DNA of 64,000 nt from NCBI GenBank assembly GCA_965203805.1, contig OZ241917.1, positions 4,736,001-4,800,000 of the forward strand, given 5' to 3'. Numbering within the stretch: position 1 is the stretch's first letter; each line of letters starts with the position of its first letter. The DNA comes from Candidatus Latescibacterota bacterium. GTDB lineage: Bacteria > Latescibacterota > UBA2968 > GCA-2709665. A program made the position numbers and the translations under genes. The notes under the pieces are model-generated. The model was not told the origin of the DNA and searched no databases. It worked only from the letters and a program-made list of their open reading frames with translations. Below are positions 1-10,261 of the stretch, in pieces.

Positions 1-454
1 GTTGGAGATAAATCTCGTCGAAAGCCGTTGCCAGATAATAAGCGCCGTTGCCCGGGCCGAACTCGCCGAAGGTCTCTGCGTAGGCAACCGCGGGTTTGCC
101 GCTCTCGCCGAAGGCATGCACGGCGTCTCGCACCTCCTGCAGGCGCGCGAGACCCATACCGCTGTTTCCCACCCTTGCCAGAAGCGCCACAACGCGTTCG
201 TCTGACGCGGCGCGGTGAAGGCCTTCGACCAGATCCCGTACGGTGATTGCATCGGGAAACAGAACATCTGCGATCGGATTGCCCGGAATGTATTCCGGGA
301 GATTCCGTTCAAGGTTCAATTCCAGGACCGCGAGTCCCGGTACCGTTTCTTCTTCCTTGTAGAGCAGCGCGATGGCGACTGCCACGATAACGATGACGAA
401 CAGGGTGGCCGCGCCGCCGATAATTGCAAACACCTTGATTGCGATCCGCTTCAT
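1..454 (-). CDS. sppA: Signal peptide peptidase SppA (protease IV), 5' part, runs off the window
   Basis: Not in the ORF track. Manual translation gives MKRIAIKVFAIIGGAATLFVIVIVAVAIALL...VLELNL...RAASDERVVALL...LQEVRDAVHAFGESGKPAVAYAE...YYLATAFDEIYLQ, typical of the 67K SppA N-terminal half. GGAGG RBS at 461-465. Confidence 0.9.
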   Translation of the reverse strand, partial: MKRIAIKVFAIIGGAATLFVIVIVAVAIALLYKEEETVPGLAVLELNLERNLPEYIPGNPIADVLFPDAITVRDLVEGLHRAASDERVVALLARVGNSGMGLARLQEVRDAVHAFGESGKPAVAYAETFGEFGPGNGAYYLATAFDEIYLQ

Positions 455-494
455 GGCAGACCTCCATCGGATAGACGTTCTTTAGACAACGGGC

Positions 495-755
495 TCAAAC
501 GCCACGGGGCCGTTCGATTTCCCAGCCGGGAAAGACCAGTACGGCAGGATGGCACATTAACGCACGCGCCAGCACCTTGGCGCGCTCTACGCCAAGTCTT
601 ATGCGCCCGTTCTCGATGGCCGATATTGTCGGCTGGGGAATCCCGGTACGCCTGGCGAGTTCATTCTGGCTGAGTTTCTGAAGTTTGCGGATCGTGCGGA
701 CGGATTCTCCAACGGACACGGCCACGCGTTTCGGCGCTTTTCGGTGTTTTTCCAT
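495..755 (-). CDS. XRE-family HTH protein, HigA-like antitoxin
   Basis: SVRTIRKLQKLSQNELARRTGIPQPTISAIENG HTH. Start reassigned to MEKHRK (GGGAGG upstream). Follows a RelE-like gene. Confidence 0.85.
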   Translation of the reverse strand: MEKHRKAPKRVAVSVGESVRTIRKLQKLSQNELARRTGIPQPTISAIENGRIRLGVERAKVLARALMCHPAVLVFPGWEIERPRGV

Positions 756-772
756 TTTATTCCCTCCCGCGA

Positions 773-1033
773 TCACTTGACCAGTATCGCCCTTACGCGG
801 ATCTCCCGCTCCCTGACTCTGTAGACGACACGACACCCGGCGCTGAACCGGGACTGACGCCGACCCTTTTTCTTCCCCGGCACGGCCTCGTCCACGAAGC
901 CTTCGATGCGCCTGACGCCTTCCGGGCCGGAAAGGGATACGATATCCTTCCATGTCTCGTATCGTATGAGGGCTTTCCGAGGGAGGGTGTCGATCTGCCT
1001 GCCAACCCTGCGATGTTCGACAATCGTCCACAT
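773..1033 (-). CDS. RelE/HigB-superfamily toxin
   Basis: 86 aa, basic, GFVDEAVPGKKKGRRQSR...RVVYRV pattern; toxin-before-HTH gene order. Confidence 0.7.
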   Translation of the reverse strand: MWTIVEHRRVGRQIDTLPRKALIRYETWKDIVSLSGPEGVRRIEGFVDEAVPGKKKGRRQSRFSAGCRVVYRVREREIRVRAILVK

Positions 1034-1107
1034 ATTAAATAATGTATAGTCTATAGACAATATGACAATGAAATTCGAAGTTGCGTTCTGTCCCGTAAAT
1101 CGATCGC

Positions 1108-1332
1108 CGAAGGCGGTGAGAGGGTAGACGGTAGATGAAGGCGGTGAGACGGTAGTTAAAGGGGGTGAGAGGGTAGAGGTTAGACGGTAGATGACGTCCT
1201 TGCCCGATTGGTTCTTCCACTATGCCTGCGGCAAGAGATGATACCGAACAGGGCACACAAAATCTCACGTCTCACGTCTACCCGTTCTTCCGGCACTCAC
1301 GGTATCTCCCGTCTCACGTCTTACGTCTCACT
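1108..1332. repeat. Dispersed intergenic element: ~65-bp core flanked by inverted heptamer arrays
   Basis: Core GATGACGTCCTTGCCCGATTGGTTCTTCCACTATGCCTGCGGCAAGAGATGATACC. GAGACGG-like heptamers on the left, CGTCTCA-like on the right. Related copies near 45170, 46800, 48835, 48927 and 56200. Confidence 0.8.
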
Positions 1333-1455
1333 GCTTTCAGTGTCTTCTTGTGCTGAAATCGTACATGATTCGCCCTTTTCGGTTGACAAGAGCGGATGGT
1401 ACCGTGCATGTTTATTATTGAGTCAGGACGTACGGCATTCGACGCTGAGGTTAAT

Positions 1456-2427
1456 ATGGGCGATATTCTCAAGGTGGAGCACCTGGAGGCCGGGCCGGGA
1501 CAGCGGAAGGACGGCTTTCTCACGGTGGGAGAGACGCAGGACAGCGCTCCCGCGCGCCTTCCGGTTGTACTGGTGAACGGTGCAGAGCCGGGTCGCACGT
1601 TGTACCTGCAGGCGGCGAGCGACGGCGACGAACTGAACGGTATCGCGGTGATCAGGCGGGTTCTGAACCGGCTGGACCCCGCCGCGCTTAAGGGCAGGGT
1701 GATTGCTACCCTGATTGTGAACTTTCATGCCTTTCACGCCGGCGAGTCCCTGAATCCCGTGGACGGGAAGAAGATGAACCGGTGTTTTCCAGGTCGCAAG
1801 GAAGGCACGTCGAGCGAGAGGGTGGCGTATCGACTGTTCCATCGCGCGGTGAAACAGTCAGACTTCTGTATCGATCTCCATCAGGGCGGCGTCCGGCCGA
1901 TGATTGACGAGGTCCGTGTGCGGGTGGACCGGAGAAAACGCATCCACAGAGCTTGTATGGAAATGGCAAAGGTATTCGACATCGGCTACATTCTGGACTG
2001 CCGGGGTCCCGACGGGCAGTTGGCGCGCGCAGCGCCCGATGAAGGGATTCCCACCATCGACCCGGAACTGGGAGGATGCCACGGATGGGATGAAGGCAGC
2101 ATCCGGAAGGGCGTGGCGGGCGTGGAGAATATCCTGAAGCACTACGGGTTCGTCGAAGGACGGCCGCGGACTCCCCGGCGTCAAACCGTGGTGGACGGCT
2201 TCCTCTCGCTCCTCGCGGCCAGGGGTGGCTTCGTTGAGTATCGGGCCGCTCTGTACGACCATTTGCAGAAAGGGGACCCCGTGGCCGAAGTGACCGACCC
2301 CTTCGGCACGGTGCTCGAAACGGTTTACGCCCCGCAGGAGTCCATTTTCTGGGCGCGGTCGCTGCGGCCGATGGCCGCTACCGGCGAACCGGTGGCTATG
2401 CTCGGGAAGAATATACGGTACGTATAA
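1456..2427 (+). CDS. Succinylglutamate desuccinylase/aspartoacylase-family (M14-like) deacylase
   Basis: AASDGDELNG, NRCFPG, IDLHQG and PELGG motifs; C-terminal biotinyl-like segment. Confidence 0.88.
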   Translation: MGDILKVEHLEAGPGQRKDGFLTVGETQDSAPARLPVVLVNGAEPGRTLYLQAASDGDELNGIAVIRRVLNRLDPAALKGRVIATLIVNFHAFHAGESLNPVDGKKMNRCFPGRKEGTSSERVAYRLFHRAVKQSDFCIDLHQGGVRPMIDEVRVRVDRRKRIHRACMEMAKVFDIGYILDCRGPDGQLARAAPDEGIPTIDPELGGCHGWDEGSIRKGVAGVENILKHYGFVEGRPRTPRRQTVVDGFLSLLAARGGFVEYRAALYDHLQKGDPVAEVTDPFGTVLETVYAPQESIFWARSLRPMAATGEPVAMLGKNIRYV

Positions 2428-2454
2428 GCGGCCGCGGGAGATGGCGCTGGCTGA

Positions 2455-2718
2455 CTATTCGGGCGCGGGTCTGACCTCGTCGATGCGTTCACGGACAAGG
2501 GGCCGGATGTAGACGTCGTCCAGCGAAAGCCGGGCGAATTCCCGGGCGAAGATCTCAATGTGGGTCCTGACGTCCGGGCCGCGGTTAAGGATGAAGCGCC
2601 GCTCTCCGCGTACCACGCACAACCCCCCTGCGCCGCCCTCGAGATCGGCATAGGTGACGGGAATATCCAGACGCTCGGCGAGGGCTTCGAATTCCTGCAG
2701 TAACTGGGTGTCGGTCAT
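2455..2718 (-). CDS. Small hypothetical protein
   Basis: MTDTQLLQEFEALAERLDIPV...GGLCVVRGERRFILNR. Loosely like the ImmA/IrrE N-terminus but has no HExxH. Confidence 0.7.
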   Translation of the reverse strand: MTDTQLLQEFEALAERLDIPVTYADLEGGAGGLCVVRGERRFILNRGPDVRTHIEIFAREFARLSLDDVYIRPLVRERIDEVRPAPE

Positions 2719-2908
2719 ATCGCGGTTGTGGTTGTAAGGCTTGCGCCAGACAGGAGGGGCAGGCGATAGGGAGTGCAGCGTTAGCCGCTGCAATATAACC
2801 CACCCGGAAACACCCTCCAATGGCGAAGCGCAAGGCCGGGGAACGGCATTCGAGGGCGAATACGTCCCGCGTTGCCTGCGCGAGCCAGCCGGATATTCCC
2901 TCAGGTAA

Positions 2909-3703
2909 ATGATGGACCTCAAGCCGTTTACAGGCCCGAAATCCTTCGGTAGAGCCTACCGGACGATGCTCGAAAACGATCCTCACGCCGCAGGAAGCGT
3001 CGATCGTGAGATCATGTCCGGCATGATCAGGCTCTGCCGCGAAACCGCTCCCTATCTTTATGGCGGTTTCTCGGACCTGACCGCAGGCTATCCGGCGGGT
3101 TCCCGACCGGTTCTGGAAAGGTTGCTCACTAAGGCCGGGTTACCAGTCGGAGATCCTGAGCGAAGGGTCGCCCGAATCGCTGCACTCACCAGAAGTCTGG
3201 ATCGCGAGGATGCCCCCGCAGGGTTGTCCGAAATGAGATTCGGAGGAACGGAAGAGGCGATCATCGCAAGGGGCACGGATTGGTGCACCGACGTGGCGCG
3301 GGTCGGCTGCGCGCTGTATCAGGTTGCCGGCTTCCCGAGCCGCATCGTGAGTCTTTTCAATCTGGATGCCGCCTATAGCGGACACGTCATCGTTGAAGTC
3401 CATCGACTCGGAGCCTGGGGCGCCGTCGACACGAATTCGGGGGTTGTCTATCGGAAGGACGACGGACGGCCTGCAACGACGTGGGACCTGATGAACGACG
3501 CGGAAGTGGTCAAACGGCACGATGCGCAGCCGTCTCAGTTCACCGGAGCCGGGATCGCCAACTACCGTGTGAGGGATTCGGATTTTCATGACTATACGGT
3601 GTCCGGGTTGAACGACTACTACCGCACGATTCTGTCCATGGCTGAACAGGGGTGGCCCGGCGGCCTTCGCTGGCTTCATGGAGAGGCTGGTGTACGATGC
3701 TGA
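2909..3703 (+). CDS. Transglutaminase-like domain protein
   Basis: Cys-His-Asp triad pattern: WCTDVAR, GHVIVEV, WGAVD. Confidence 0.8.
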   Translation: MMDLKPFTGPKSFGRAYRTMLENDPHAAGSVDREIMSGMIRLCRETAPYLYGGFSDLTAGYPAGSRPVLERLLTKAGLPVGDPERRVARIAALTRSLDREDAPAGLSEMRFGGTEEAIIARGTDWCTDVARVGCALYQVAGFPSRIVSLFNLDAAYSGHVIVEVHRLGAWGAVDTNSGVVYRKDDGRPATTWDLMNDAEVVKRHDAQPSQFTGAGIANYRVRDSDFHDYTVSGLNDYYRTILSMAEQGWPGGLRWLHGEAGVRC

Positions 3704-3843
3704 GGTCCGAATTCCGCGAGAATCCTTGACAATTCCACCCTGTTCTTCTACGTTATCGAAGGAGGTACCGAAGACATTTTTGTTTATGTTGAAGCGTACA
3801 AATCTCCGATTATCGCTTCTGTCATCATTGTTGGCGGGGCGGC

Positions 3844-4152
3844 ATGGATTCTTTGCAGACTGAACGCATCGCAGCCAAAGCCGCGGACATTGTCGTAACA
3901 GACGATAGTTTGACCGTTGATTTCGTCGACGGGAGGAGTATATCGGTACCATTGGCATGGTTTCCACGGTTGGTTCACGGCACTCGGCAAGAGCGGGATA
4001 ATTGGAGAATAATCGGAAACGGAGAAGGATTTCACTGGCCGGACCTGGACGAAGACGTTAGTGTTGAAGGTCTGCTTCTGGGCAGGCCTTCCGGTGAAAG
4101 CCAGCGATCTTTTCAACGATGGCTGGTCGAACGTGCGAAAGACCCTGAATGA
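3844..4152 (+). CDS. DUF2442-family protein (antitoxin-like)
   Basis: DGRSISVPLAWFPRL...GFHWPDLDEDVSVEGLL signature. Confidence 0.9.
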   Translation: MDSLQTERIAAKAADIVVTDDSLTVDFVDGRSISVPLAWFPRLVHGTRQERDNWRIIGNGEGFHWPDLDEDVSVEGLLLGRPSGESQRSFQRWLVERAKDPE

Positions 4153-4360
4153 TCTTAACTTGTCAAAAGGCGATTTCCCTCTGAACAAGACGACCCGGCG
4201 GTAACGTCATCACTCGTTGTTCTACGTTCATTCGGCGCCTCGATGACGCAAGACTATTCCTCGCGATTGCCGCCGAAACAGCTACTGCATAAGGCTTCAT
4301 ATTGATCTTACCCTTGATTACTCGCCTCGGAATAACTCCGCAACGTCTCAGTACTCCCGA

Positions 4361-4975
4361 ATGAAAAACCCGAGCCTTCCTCGCTGCGTCATCTTCGATC
4401 TGTCTGAAGTTTTCATCGCGGGGCTCCCCGGCGTCGAGAAGAGTATTTCGAAGAAACTCGGGATTCCCGAAGACGGTCTTTTGGAGAATTTCGGTGGAGA
4501 CCCGCTGTTCCAGGTCCTGGAAGGGCGAATTTCGGAAGCATCCTACCTGGGAGGGATTCTGGAACGAACGGGGTGGAACCTGGACCTGGTGTCGCTGAAG
4601 CGAATGTTAAGGGATAACTTTCATGTCCGGATTGCGGGTTCTCTGGACATCCTGCGCGAGGTGGCGAGGACCCATCCCGTCGCCATGCTGTCTGACCACG
4701 TACGGGAGTGGGTTCGATACATCGAGTCCATTCATTCGTTTCTGGATCTATTCGACGAAAGGTTCTATTCCTGCGATCTGGGCAAGACGAAGTACGACCC
4801 GACCGTTTTTCGGGATGTTCTCAACTTACTCGATTACGATCCTCACGAGTGTCTGTTTATTGACGATCGGATCCAGAACGTGAGAAACGCGGAGTCGGTT
4901 GGCCTGCCGTCCATCCAATTTCGCGACGCCGCGCAATTGCGCGGCGATCTTGAGAGCAGACAGGTACTGTGCTGA
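4361..4975 (+). CDS. HAD-family hydrolase
   Basis: VIFDL motif I, K.DP motif III, LFIDD...NV motif IV. Confidence 0.88.
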   Translation: MKNPSLPRCVIFDLSEVFIAGLPGVEKSISKKLGIPEDGLLENFGGDPLFQVLEGRISEASYLGGILERTGWNLDLVSLKRMLRDNFHVRIAGSLDILREVARTHPVAMLSDHVREWVRYIESIHSFLDLFDERFYSCDLGKTKYDPTVFRDVLNLLDYDPHECLFIDDRIQNVRNAESVGLPSIQFRDAAQLRGDLESRQVLC

Positions 4976-5098
4976 TGTCGCTGACGGAAATGCGGGCACA
5001 ACAACTGTCAGGGGCGACGCGAATCGGCTGAAACCGGCTCCCGGCGGGTTACCCGCAACCCGATTTACTATACCCACTCACATCGCAAAGGCAACGCG

Positions 5099-5986
5099 TT
5101 GATTGACATTATCTCCCATGCCAGCGCCGACGATCTGATTTCCCATACCGCCGCGTACCTGGAATTGCGCGAGAGTGAGCACAGCCTGCCGCTCGGCCTG
5201 ATGTACGGGCTTGCCGGGAGTCCGCAGCGCGACGACAATGGGCCGCCGCTGCTGGTCAGTATCGCGGATCGGGGCAGGGTGGTCGGCATGGCGATTATGA
5301 CGCACGGAAGAAAGCTCGTCCTGAGCAGAATCGACGCGAGCATCGAGGATGCGGTGGAACGGCTGATTCGCCATTTGCGCACGATCAAGGTCTCGATACC
5401 CGGTATTGTCGGTCCGACGGCGGAAGCTCGCGCCTTTTCCGACTGCTGGGTCGGGAACGCGCACGGCATATCTTCCAGCCTTGCCATGAGTATGCGCGTA
5501 TTCGAAATCAGAGAGGTCGCGGCCGTGCCTCTCTCCGAGGGGGAACTGCGGCTTGCGGGGATGGACGATCACGCCGTTATGTCGCGGTGGATTGCCGGAT
5601 TCTCCGAGGCGATCGGCGAACCGGCGGACTTCGAGGCTGCCGCTCGCGGCGCCACGCGGTATATCCAGGCTGAACAACTGTATATATGGGACTACGAGGG
5701 GCCGGTTTCGATGGCCAAGACCTCTCATTCGACCAGAAACGGCATCAACATCAATGGGGTGTACACGCCTGCCGAACATCGTGATAAGGGATATGCGACT
5801 TCCTGCGTTTGGGCGCTGACGAAAAAACTGCTTTCGGATCGCTATTCGTTCTGCAGTCTGTTTACAGATCTCTTGAATCCCACCTCCAACAGCATCTACA
5901 CCAAAATAGGCTACAGGCCGGTGGGCGATGCAATGGCGTTTGACTTTTCGGATTCCGGTTCCGAAAGGCCTGAATCGTCTGCTTGA
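5099..5986 (+). CDS. GNAT N-acetyltransferase
   Basis: GVYTPAEHRDKGYA acetyl-CoA motif; LFTDLLNPTSNSIYTKIGY. Confidence 0.9.
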   Translation: MIDIISHASADDLISHTAAYLELRESEHSLPLGLMYGLAGSPQRDDNGPPLLVSIADRGRVVGMAIMTHGRKLVLSRIDASIEDAVERLIRHLRTIKVSIPGIVGPTAEARAFSDCWVGNAHGISSSLAMSMRVFEIREVAAVPLSEGELRLAGMDDHAVMSRWIAGFSEAIGEPADFEAAARGATRYIQAEQLYIWDYEGPVSMAKTSHSTRNGININGVYTPAEHRDKGYATSCVWALTKKLLSDRYSFCSLFTDLLNPTSNSIYTKIGYRPVGDAMAFDFSDSGSERPESSA

Positions 5987-6046
5987 AGCGTCGATTCCGT
6001 GCATAACCGACTTGCGCGAAACAGATAACAGACACGATTCGAGAAA

Positions 6047-7213
6047 ATGGAGCCCGGTATGACGTTCGATCTACTCATCAGCGGAGGGACGCTGGTCGAT
6101 CCGGCGGCCGGCCTGAGCACTGTGAGGGACGTGGGTTTCTCGGCAGGGCGGGTAGCCGCCGTCGGGGAGTGCCTCGACCGGGGCGGGGCCCGGGAGGTGA
6201 TCGACGCCACGGGTTGCGTCGTGACGCCCGGACTGATCGATCTTCACGTGCACGTGTTTCCCGGTGTCAGTCATTATGGCATCGAACCCGATCCCACCTG
6301 TCTGGCTCGAGGAGCGACGACCGTGGTCGATGCGGGTTCCGCAGGCGCCGATATTTTTCCCGGTTTCCGGAAATACGTGATCGACGTGAGCGAGACGCGG
6401 ATTCTGGCGCAGATGAACATTTCGTCACAGGGGATGCTGACCGAAGAGATCGGAGAGTTCGAGATACCCGAATACGCGGACGTGGACAAGGCCTGCCGGA
6501 TGATCGAGCGGCACCGCGACATCGTTCTCGGCGTGAAGGTCCGGCTTACCCGGCACACAATTGTCAGTGAACGGTCCGGAATGCTCCCTCTCTACCGGGC
6601 AAGAGAGGCGGCAGATGCGGCGGGACTGCCCATTATGGTGCATCCGCAGGATGCGTGGTGCGATTCGATTGACGACATTCTGAGGGTGATGAAGGGCGGA
6701 GACATAATGACCCATTGTTATCACGACTTCCCGTGCGGGATTCTGGATGGCGAAGGTCGTGTTCGCGATTCGGTTCGGGAAGCGATTGAACGGGGCATCG
6801 TGTTCGACGTGGGGCACGGCGCGGGGTCCTTTTCATGGGAAGTCGTCGAGAAGGCGCTGTTACAGGACGTCCTGCCAACCACGATTTCATCGGACCTGCA
6901 CGTCTACAACGTGAACGGTCCGGTTTACGACCTGGCTTCCGTGGTGACGAAATTCCTGCATCTGGGTCTGCCTGTTGAAGATGCGATCTCCCGCGTGACG
7001 TCCGTGCCTGCCGGGATCGTCGGGATGCAGGGCGAGGTGGGTACGCTGGCGAAAGGTGCGTTCGGAGATGCCGTCGTGTTTGAACTGCGAGAAGGCGAGT
7101 TCATCCTGGAGGACTCGAGAGGGGTCGTTCGGACGGGCCGTCGAAGTCTGGTCCCGGTGACGGTCGTGAAGGGCGGCCGGATCTACACGTCCCGTCGCAA
7201 ACGTGGTAAGTGA
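6047..7213 (+). CDS. Amidohydrolase/deacetylase-family metallohydrolase (dihydroorotase-like)
   Basis: PGLIDLHVH, VVDAGSAG, GVKVR, FDVGHG and ISSDLH motifs. Confidence 0.9.
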   Translation: MEPGMTFDLLISGGTLVDPAAGLSTVRDVGFSAGRVAAVGECLDRGGAREVIDATGCVVTPGLIDLHVHVFPGVSHYGIEPDPTCLARGATTVVDAGSAGADIFPGFRKYVIDVSETRILAQMNISSQGMLTEEIGEFEIPEYADVDKACRMIERHRDIVLGVKVRLTRHTIVSERSGMLPLYRAREAADAAGLPIMVHPQDAWCDSIDDILRVMKGGDIMTHCYHDFPCGILDGEGRVRDSVREAIERGIVFDVGHGAGSFSWEVVEKALLQDVLPTTISSDLHVYNVNGPVYDLASVVTKFLHLGLPVEDAISRVTSVPAGIVGMQGEVGTLAKGAFGDAVVFELREGEFILEDSRGVVRTGRRSLVPVTVVKGGRIYTSRRKRGK

Positions 7214-7321
7214 CGTGAGATAGGGGGATGCAGATGTCGTCGCCGATCCATCCCTTACTTGACACCTAAACGATCCCCATCCTTCGGACAAATTCGCCCA
7301 ACAGATAAACTGGAGCAACCA

Positions 7322-7795
7322 GTGAAGCCAAGGGTTTACGTAGAAACGTCGATATTTAGTTATCTGACTGCCAGTCTGAGTAACGATCTCAGGGTTGCAG
7401 CAAATCAGAGTATAACCATTGAGTGGTGGGACACACGTCAGCCCGATTTCGAACTTTTCGTTTCCGAATTGGTTACTGTTGAAGCGCAATTTGGTGATCC
7501 TGATCTTGCGCGACGGCGGTTGGATGCCATTGGAACTTTACCCAGGCTTGATGTGACCGTAAATGGAAGAGAACTAGCCAGAAATCTGGTTTCCAAGGGC
7601 CCTATTCCAGACAGAGCTGAAATGGATGCATACCATATCGCAGTTGCAGCGGTTAACGGTATGGAATACTTGCTTACCTGGAATTGCACACACATTGCCA
7701 ACGCAGTCATGAGGCCACAAATAGAAGAAATCTGCCGTCAGCAAGGCTTTGAACCGCCCGTTATCTGTACGCCTCAAGAATTGATGGAGGGTTGA
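7322..7795 (+). CDS. PIN-domain (VapC-like) toxin
   Basis: VYVETSIFSYL...DAYHIAVA...LLTWNCTHIAN; GTG start after GGAG; locally lower GC. Confidence 0.88.
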   Translation: MKPRVYVETSIFSYLTASLSNDLRVAANQSITIEWWDTRQPDFELFVSELVTVEAQFGDPDLARRRLDAIGTLPRLDVTVNGRELARNLVSKGPIPDRAEMDAYHIAVAAVNGMEYLLTWNCTHIANAVMRPQIEEICRQQGFEPPVICTPQELMEG

Positions 7796-7798
7796 ATC

Positions 7799-7975
7799 AT
7801 GTGGAAAGATCCGATTGTGGAAGAATCGCGAAAGCTCCGTGAGAAATACGCCGTAGAATTCAATCATGATATCGACGCTATTTATGAAGATATTCAAAAG
7901 CGACAAGCTCGATTATCCCAGAAACCAGTATCATTTCCGTCTCGCAAACCAACTCAAACGTCCTCTGCTGTCTAA
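7799..7975 (+). CDS. Small protein coupled to the PIN gene, probable antitoxin
   Basis: Not in the ORF track. MWKDPIVEESRKLREKYAVEFNHDIDAIYEDIQKRQARLSQKPVSFPSRKPTQTSSAV (58 aa), GGAGG RBS, 3 bp after the PIN stop. Confidence 0.75.
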   Translation: MWKDPIVEESRKLREKYAVEFNHDIDAIYEDIQKRQARLSQKPVSFPSRKPTQTSSAV

Positions 7976-8202
7976 TTGGCGCGGTCATTACTCTCGGCAA
8001 GAAACAAGAGTGGTCTGTCATGTTGATTTACGAAAAACGAGGTATTCCGAATGGCGAGAATTTGGACGTGGTTTTTTGTGGGGGTGGTCCGGTAGGAAAC
8101 GTCGCTGCGTTCGTGAGCATGGGTTTTTTGCGTTAATCAGGATACAGAGGATGGGTTGGAGATTTCTATCGGAAAGCGAGCGCCCAAAGGATCGAGATAA
8201 AA

Positions 8203-8943
8203 ATGGGAAATCAAAGGAATCGGAAATCCCAAAGCGCGCAATTCGCGGCGCGCGCGGGCGACTATGACCGCCTCCAGCCGGTTCGCGTCGAAATGTACGA
8301 ATTCTACCACAATCTGGCCCTGGACTTCCTGCCTTTCGATTACGGGGACGAATTTCGTATGCTCGATCTCGGATGCGGAACGGGCACTTTTGTCAAACGT
8401 ATCCTCGATCGGTATCCCAGGGCAACCTGTGTCGCCGTCGACTATTCAGATGAGATGATGGGTATTGCCGAGGAGAAAACGCGCCGGCATCCGGACCGCG
8501 TGGAATTCGCCCGGAGGGATCTCAATGAGGGATTGCCCGGGGGCTTTGGGTCCTATCAACTGGTCAAATCGTTCTCGACGATACACCACCTGACCGATGA
8601 GAACAAAGCCCGGATCTTCAGGCAGATTCATAATGTACTCGAGACCGGCGGGTGGTTCTTCTTCATGGACCCGATGTCGAGTCGCTATGACGACGATGTA
8701 TTCAGGCTGGGTCGACGGAGACAACTACGGCGACGGAAGGAAAGATTCGAAAGCGCGGGGATTGATATTGAAGAGGCGGACCGGGTAGATGCAATCGTCG
8801 GTCAGACCGGCGAAGACAGCCCTGAAAAAGACAGGATATCTCCCTTAGCTGCCCAGATTGAATGGCTGAAGGAGGCGGGCTTCGGATCTGTCGATCACAT
8901 CTGGCATTTCTGGATGGAGCACTTTATCATCTGCCGAAAGTGA
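8203..8943 (+). CDS. Class I SAM-dependent methyltransferase
   Basis: MLDLGCGTG motif I; VDYS; L..GGWFF. Confidence 0.9.
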   Translation: MGNQRNRKSQSAQFAARAGDYDRLQPVRVEMYEFYHNLALDFLPFDYGDEFRMLDLGCGTGTFVKRILDRYPRATCVAVDYSDEMMGIAEEKTRRHPDRVEFARRDLNEGLPGGFGSYQLVKSFSTIHHLTDENKARIFRQIHNVLETGGWFFFMDPMSSRYDDDVFRLGRRRQLRRRKERFESAGIDIEEADRVDAIVGQTGEDSPEKDRISPLAAQIEWLKEAGFGSVDHIWHFWMEHFIICRK

Positions 8944-9019
8944 ATGTCGTGCAGCGGTTCGGGCTCAGCGAACGTGCCATTCCGATTTCTGGATTAAATG
9001 AGCCCGAAAGGAGTATCCC

Positions 9020-9364
9020 ATGATCATCAGACGATATCCCGGAAAGGCCATCGGCCGCAGCGAATCCGTCGAACACAATGGCATCGTGTATACAGCGGTC
9101 ATCGCGCCGGACCTGACAGCGGACTTCGGGGAGCAGACCCGGCAGGCGCTTGCGCAGTTGGACGCGAATCTCACTGAGGCCGGGACCGACAGAACGCGAC
9201 TCCTTTCCGCCACGGTTTACATCACGGATATGGGCAGGAAACCCGTCCTAAACGAAGTCTGGGACGCGTGGATCGGGCCGGACAACTGGCCGCAGCGCGC
9301 CTGTGTGGAGGTCGGATTGGAGGGAAATACGCTGGTGGAGATCGTCGCGGTCGCTGCGAAATAG
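9020..9364 (+). CDS. RidA/YjgF-family protein
   Basis: QTRQALAQLD..L..AGTD, NEVWDAW, PQRACVE, LVEIVAVAA. Confidence 0.92.
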   Translation: MIIRRYPGKAIGRSESVEHNGIVYTAVIAPDLTADFGEQTRQALAQLDANLTEAGTDRTRLLSATVYITDMGRKPVLNEVWDAWIGPDNWPQRACVEVGLEGNTLVEIVAVAAK

Positions 9365-9387
9365 GCGGAGCAATCGGAGCAGGAAGG

Positions 9388-10212
9388 ATGCGTGAAAGCA
9401 AGGTCATTGAAAAGACAAAGGAACCCGCGACGGTGGATTCTCTGCGGTCGGATCTCCACGCGCTTGGTGTAGAACCCGGATCTGTCGTGCTGGTTCACTC
9501 GTCTCTGAGCGCGATGGGATGGGTGTGCGGAGGGGCCGTGGCGGTCATTCTTGCCCTTCAGGAGGCGCTGGAATCCGATGGAACGCTCGTAATGCCCGCA
9601 CACTCATCCGGGCTCAGCGAGCCGGGCAAGTGGGAAAACCCTCCCGTACCCGAGTCCTGGTGGCCGGTGATCCGCGAAAACATGCCGGCGTACGATCCCG
9701 CGCTTACTCCGACCCGCAATATGGGCGTAATCGCAGAGAACTTTCGAATGCAGCGCGGGGTTCTCCGCAGTTCGCATCCGCAGGTCTCGTTCTGCGCGTG
9801 TGGGCCTCAAGCGTCGCATATCATAGATGATCATTCACTGGCGTTTGGCCTGGGCGAGGATTCGCCGCTCGCGAGAATCTACGATCTGAACGGTCTTGTC
9901 CTGCTTCTCGGTGCGAGTCATGGATCCAATACCTCCCTGCACCTTGCGGAATATCGGGCGGACTTTCCAACCCGGCGTATTGTGCAGGAGGGCGCTCCCG
10001 TTACCGTTTCCGGCTCGAGGCAATGGACGACCTTCGAAGAGGTTGAGCCGGACAGTTCCGATTTTGGACGAATTGGCGAGGATTTTCTGCGTTCGGACGC
10101 GGGGAAGGTCGTGCGTCAGGGCAGGGTCGGTCTGGCTGACTGCCAACTCATGCCACAACGCGACGTCGTGAACTTCGCGGTCGGCTGGCTGGAGGAGAAT
10201 AGAGGGAAATGA
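9388..10212 (+). CDS. AAC(3)-family N-acetyltransferase (YokD-like)
   Basis: LVHSSLSAMGWVCGG, GTLVMP, RSSHPQVSF, NTSLHLAE. Confidence 0.92.
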   Translation: MRESKVIEKTKEPATVDSLRSDLHALGVEPGSVVLVHSSLSAMGWVCGGAVAVILALQEALESDGTLVMPAHSSGLSEPGKWENPPVPESWWPVIRENMPAYDPALTPTRNMGVIAENFRMQRGVLRSSHPQVSFCACGPQASHIIDDHSLAFGLGEDSPLARIYDLNGLVLLLGASHGSNTSLHLAEYRADFPTRRIVQEGAPVTVSGSRQWTTFEEVEPDSSDFGRIGEDFLRSDAGKVVRQGRVGLADCQLMPQRDVVNFAVGWLEENRGK

Positions 10213-10261
10213 AACAACCCCAGTCTTACTATCTTTAGGCTTAAACACGTAAATCTGTGAC

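Noticed and set aside
215-673. Plus-strand ORFs at the window start, and other long antisense ORFs such as 5078-6004, 12782-13516, 20050-20922 and 53756-54640
   Set aside because: They are shadows of well-supported genes on the opposite strand in GC-rich DNA.
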